64,000 nucleotides of DNA from a bacterium (GTDB lineage: Bacteria > SAR324 > NAC60-12): the NCBI GenBank assembly GCA_965233585.1, contig CBDDTI010000747.1, forward strand, positions 352,001 to 416,000, given 5' to 3'. This document shows, one piece after another, positions 61,626 through 64,000 of this stretch. Both the position numbers and the translations under genes were made by a program. The notes beneath the pieces are model-generated. The model did not search any database, was not told the origin of the DNA, and saw only the letters and a list, made by a program, of their open reading frames with translations. The stretch's first letter is position 1; every line of letters begins with the position of its first letter.

Positions 61626-61907
61626 GGAGTTACAGAGTGAAAAGAATTGATACTAAAGGAGACACAAGAATCACAGCGACAATAGGTGCAATTAACATAA
61701 TCATCTTCCATTGAAAAAGGTTCAAAATTAAAAACTTCAATGAAAGATTATATTTAAGATTACATATACAAGCAACAATTAATCATAAAATAGGAATTTT
61801 TTATAAAACCTTACTTTAACTAAAAGTGAAACAGAATGCTTAACGCAGGGACAACTATTGCCAGAGAAACAAGAGTCGCAACTAACATAAAAAAACTCCA
61901 AAGATAA

Positions 61908-62978
61908 TTAACCATACAAGACACCTTGTTTTTCAAAGTGTCTCAAGGTTTCAAGGTTTCTTAAATCGCCGGGTTTGAGAATCACAGCATCTGTGGTGGT
62001 TTTCCCGTTGCTATGAACAACTGACCCATTGACGGCTAGACGATAAGGAGGGATAACAGGGACAAGAAATTGTTTTTCCCCCACTTGAATTGACAAAGGT
62101 TCTATGGCTGTGCCTGTTTCTTCATCAATCACTTTTTTGCCTGACGCCATCACAACACCACTAGCAATGACAGCACCTTCTTTGATGATTCCACAAACTT
62201 CACACATGGCACCAATTTTAACGTTGTCTTCTACAATAGAAGGCAGGCGACCAGCAGGCTCTAAAATTCCTTCAATTCCCGAACCTGCACCAAACTTGAC
62301 ATTTTTGCCAATTTGAGCGCAAGAAGCAATTCTTGAGGCTGAATCAATCATGCAGCCATCACCTGCAATGTATGCCCCAATGTTGACAAACGATTGGCTC
62401 ATCACCACTGTACCACTTCCAATATAAGCTCCCATTCTCGCAACAGCACCCGGTACAAACCTCACACCACTTGCACGATAATCCGCATCACTCCAAGCCT
62501 CTGTCTTCAAAGGGACTTTGTCCCACGAGTCAGCTGTGAGTTGACGATTTTCACTGCATGCAAAATAATTGAGAATGCCATCAATGACATAGGTTTGAGG
62601 AATCCATTGTGTCCCAACCTTTTCAGCAGCACGAACCAAGCCTTGATCCAGTAATTGGATAAAATGCTGAACCTGCGAGGCATCTGCTTTTCTTTCATTG
62701 ACTAACTCAATTAGTTTGGGAATAGGTGTTGCGACAAATTCCAGTTGAACCATTTCATGGGGTTTAACTAGAGTGGAAAAAGGGGAATTGGCTAAATCTG
62801 GATAGCTTCTAAGAAGGTCTTCAAACAAGGACTGACCTGCATTTACATTTTGATAAAGTGTTTGAACAATATTTTGGTGTTCTCCCAAATTTGGAAAGAC
62901 TGCCAAAGTTTGAGAATGTTCATCAAAAATCTTGGTAATGAGGACTTCATCAGCAGATTGTGCAATGTAGTTTTTCAT
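61908..62978 (-). CDS. dapD: Tetrahydrodipicolinate N-succinyltransferase-like protein with N-terminal extension
   Basis: LDQGLVRAAE, WDKVPLK, RFVPGAVAR, FVNIGAY, ASCAQIGKNV, GILEP. Confidence 0.82.
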   Translation of the reverse strand: MKNYIAQSADEVLITKIFDEHSQTLAVFPNLGEHQNIVQTLYQNVNAGQSLFEDLLRSYPDLANSPFSTLVKPHEMVQLEFVATPIPKLIELVNERKADASQVQHFIQLLDQGLVRAAEKVGTQWIPQTYVIDGILNYFACSENRQLTADSWDKVPLKTEAWSDADYRASGVRFVPGAVARMGAYIGSGTVVMSQSFVNIGAYIAGDGCMIDSASRIASCAQIGKNVKFGAGSGIEGILEPAGRLPSIVEDNVKIGAMCEVCGIIKEGAVIASGVVMASGKKVIDEETGTAIEPLSIQVGEKQFLVPVIPPYRLAVNGSVVHSNGKTTTDAVILKPGDLRNLETLRHFEKQGVLYG

Positions 62979-63185
62979 CGTGCTATTTGATGTTTGAAAA
63001 AAAGACCATTGAAACCAGCCCAATAATATAACATACAACTTGAATGATGTCACCCATTAAAAACACTAAAAATTAAAAATGTTTCATTTCTGGCTTGGGT
63101 AAACCATCACTCCATTTTGCATGACCCATTTTTCAGAAAACCCGACATGAGAAATGGCATTGCGACTTTTGTCTTTTGACAGATT

Positions 63186-63995
63186 TCACGTGCCATAAGA
63201 CAAGTTGAAATGGGCTTGTTTTTCTTCTACTTGCAGAAGTCTTTTTTGTGCTTGTTCAACAAATTCTGGTTGCATCTCAAAGGCGATAAAATTCCTTTCG
63301 CTTTTTTTACACACGACTGGGCATGTTCCCACGCCAGCAAAAGGATCAAGCACCAAATCTCCTTTTTGCGAACTGGCTAAAACCAATCTTTCAATCAATT
63401 TGAAAGGTTTTTGAATGGTATTGAGTGCATGTCTTGAAACAAGCTCTTTGGACTTATATGTGAGTTGCTTAATGTCTCCCCAAACATCACCGGGATTTTT
63501 TCCTTTTTGATGAAATTTGGTTTTGCCATATTGTCCATTTGTCACAGATGGGACTTTCTCACAACGCAAACGGTGTTCTAACTCCACAAGCTGTGAGACT
63601 CGGATGGCATCAAGGTTGTAGCAAGAGGGTCTATTACCCTTGGTCAAATAAGCAATGATTTCATAGTTATTGGTATAATTCAGACGACCTTGTGCCAAAC
63701 GGCTTGGTTGATACCAAACAATCTTAGATTTTAAATTGAGATAAGGACGATAGTCTATGAAGTCAAGGCAATCAGGCTTTCCAAATAAATAAAGTGAACC
63801 TCCATTTTTTAATTTAGAAGAAAAAATCTTAATAAGATTCAGGTTAAATTCTTGAATAGAAGGAATTTTATCCCAGCTGTTTTGAGTGACTCCATAAGGA
63901 CCATCACACACGATAAGGTCAACAGATTCGCTTTCAACTTGTTTTAAGAGTTCAAAAGCATCTCCACAATAAATGTGATTCTGTTTCAGAGGCAT
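63186..63995 (-). CDS. Amino-DNA methyltransferase (beta class)
   Basis: IVCDGPY, GKNPGDVW, TIQKP, VLDPFAGVGT. Start may lie at or beyond the window edge. Confidence 0.9.
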   Translation of the reverse strand: MPLKQNHIYCGDAFELLKQVESESVDLIVCDGPYGVTQNSWDKIPSIQEFNLNLIKIFSSKLKNGGSLYLFGKPDCLDFIDYRPYLNLKSKIVWYQPSRLAQGRLNYTNNYEIIAYLTKGNRPSCYNLDAIRVSQLVELEHRLRCEKVPSVTNGQYGKTKFHQKGKNPGDVWGDIKQLTYKSKELVSRHALNTIQKPFKLIERLVLASSQKGDLVLDPFAGVGTCPVVCKKSERNFIAFEMQPEFVEQAQKRLLQVEEKQAHFNLSYGT

Positions 63996-64000
63996 CTGAT

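Overview
Bacterial chromosomal window with moderately low GC. The host looks like a flagellated diderm of deltaproteobacterial type, possibly SAR324-like; this is a weak inference. The housekeeping backbone (recC, PBP1A, tgt, valS, ftsW, lolD-bamA, fliL-fliL-fliN-fliO-fliP, adk, M16 peptidase, dapD) is interspersed with two sugar ABC/catabolic clusters, an AT-rich type II R-M pair, two more DNA methyltransferases, three IS1-family copies and about eight dense clusters of palindromic REP/REPIN-like repeats. The most striking pattern is a set of four surface lipoprotein genes with beta-propeller-type repeats, each next to REP arrays: one 1204-aa ELWxxDGT/collagen-like protein, two 7-bladed SBBP paralogues in inverted orientation, and one Kelch protein. 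Three share a promoter-like motif whose spacer holds a poly-T tract of differing length (T12/T9/T8). The fourth is frameshifted by a G8 tract in its signal-peptide coding region. The SBBP blades vary mainly at first and second codon positions in a few loops. Together this suggests a phase-variable, diversifying surface-protein repertoire. The IS1-like element inserts into REP hairpins, and several short duplications mark recombination scars. No rRNA, tRNA, CRISPR array or reverse transcriptase was seen.
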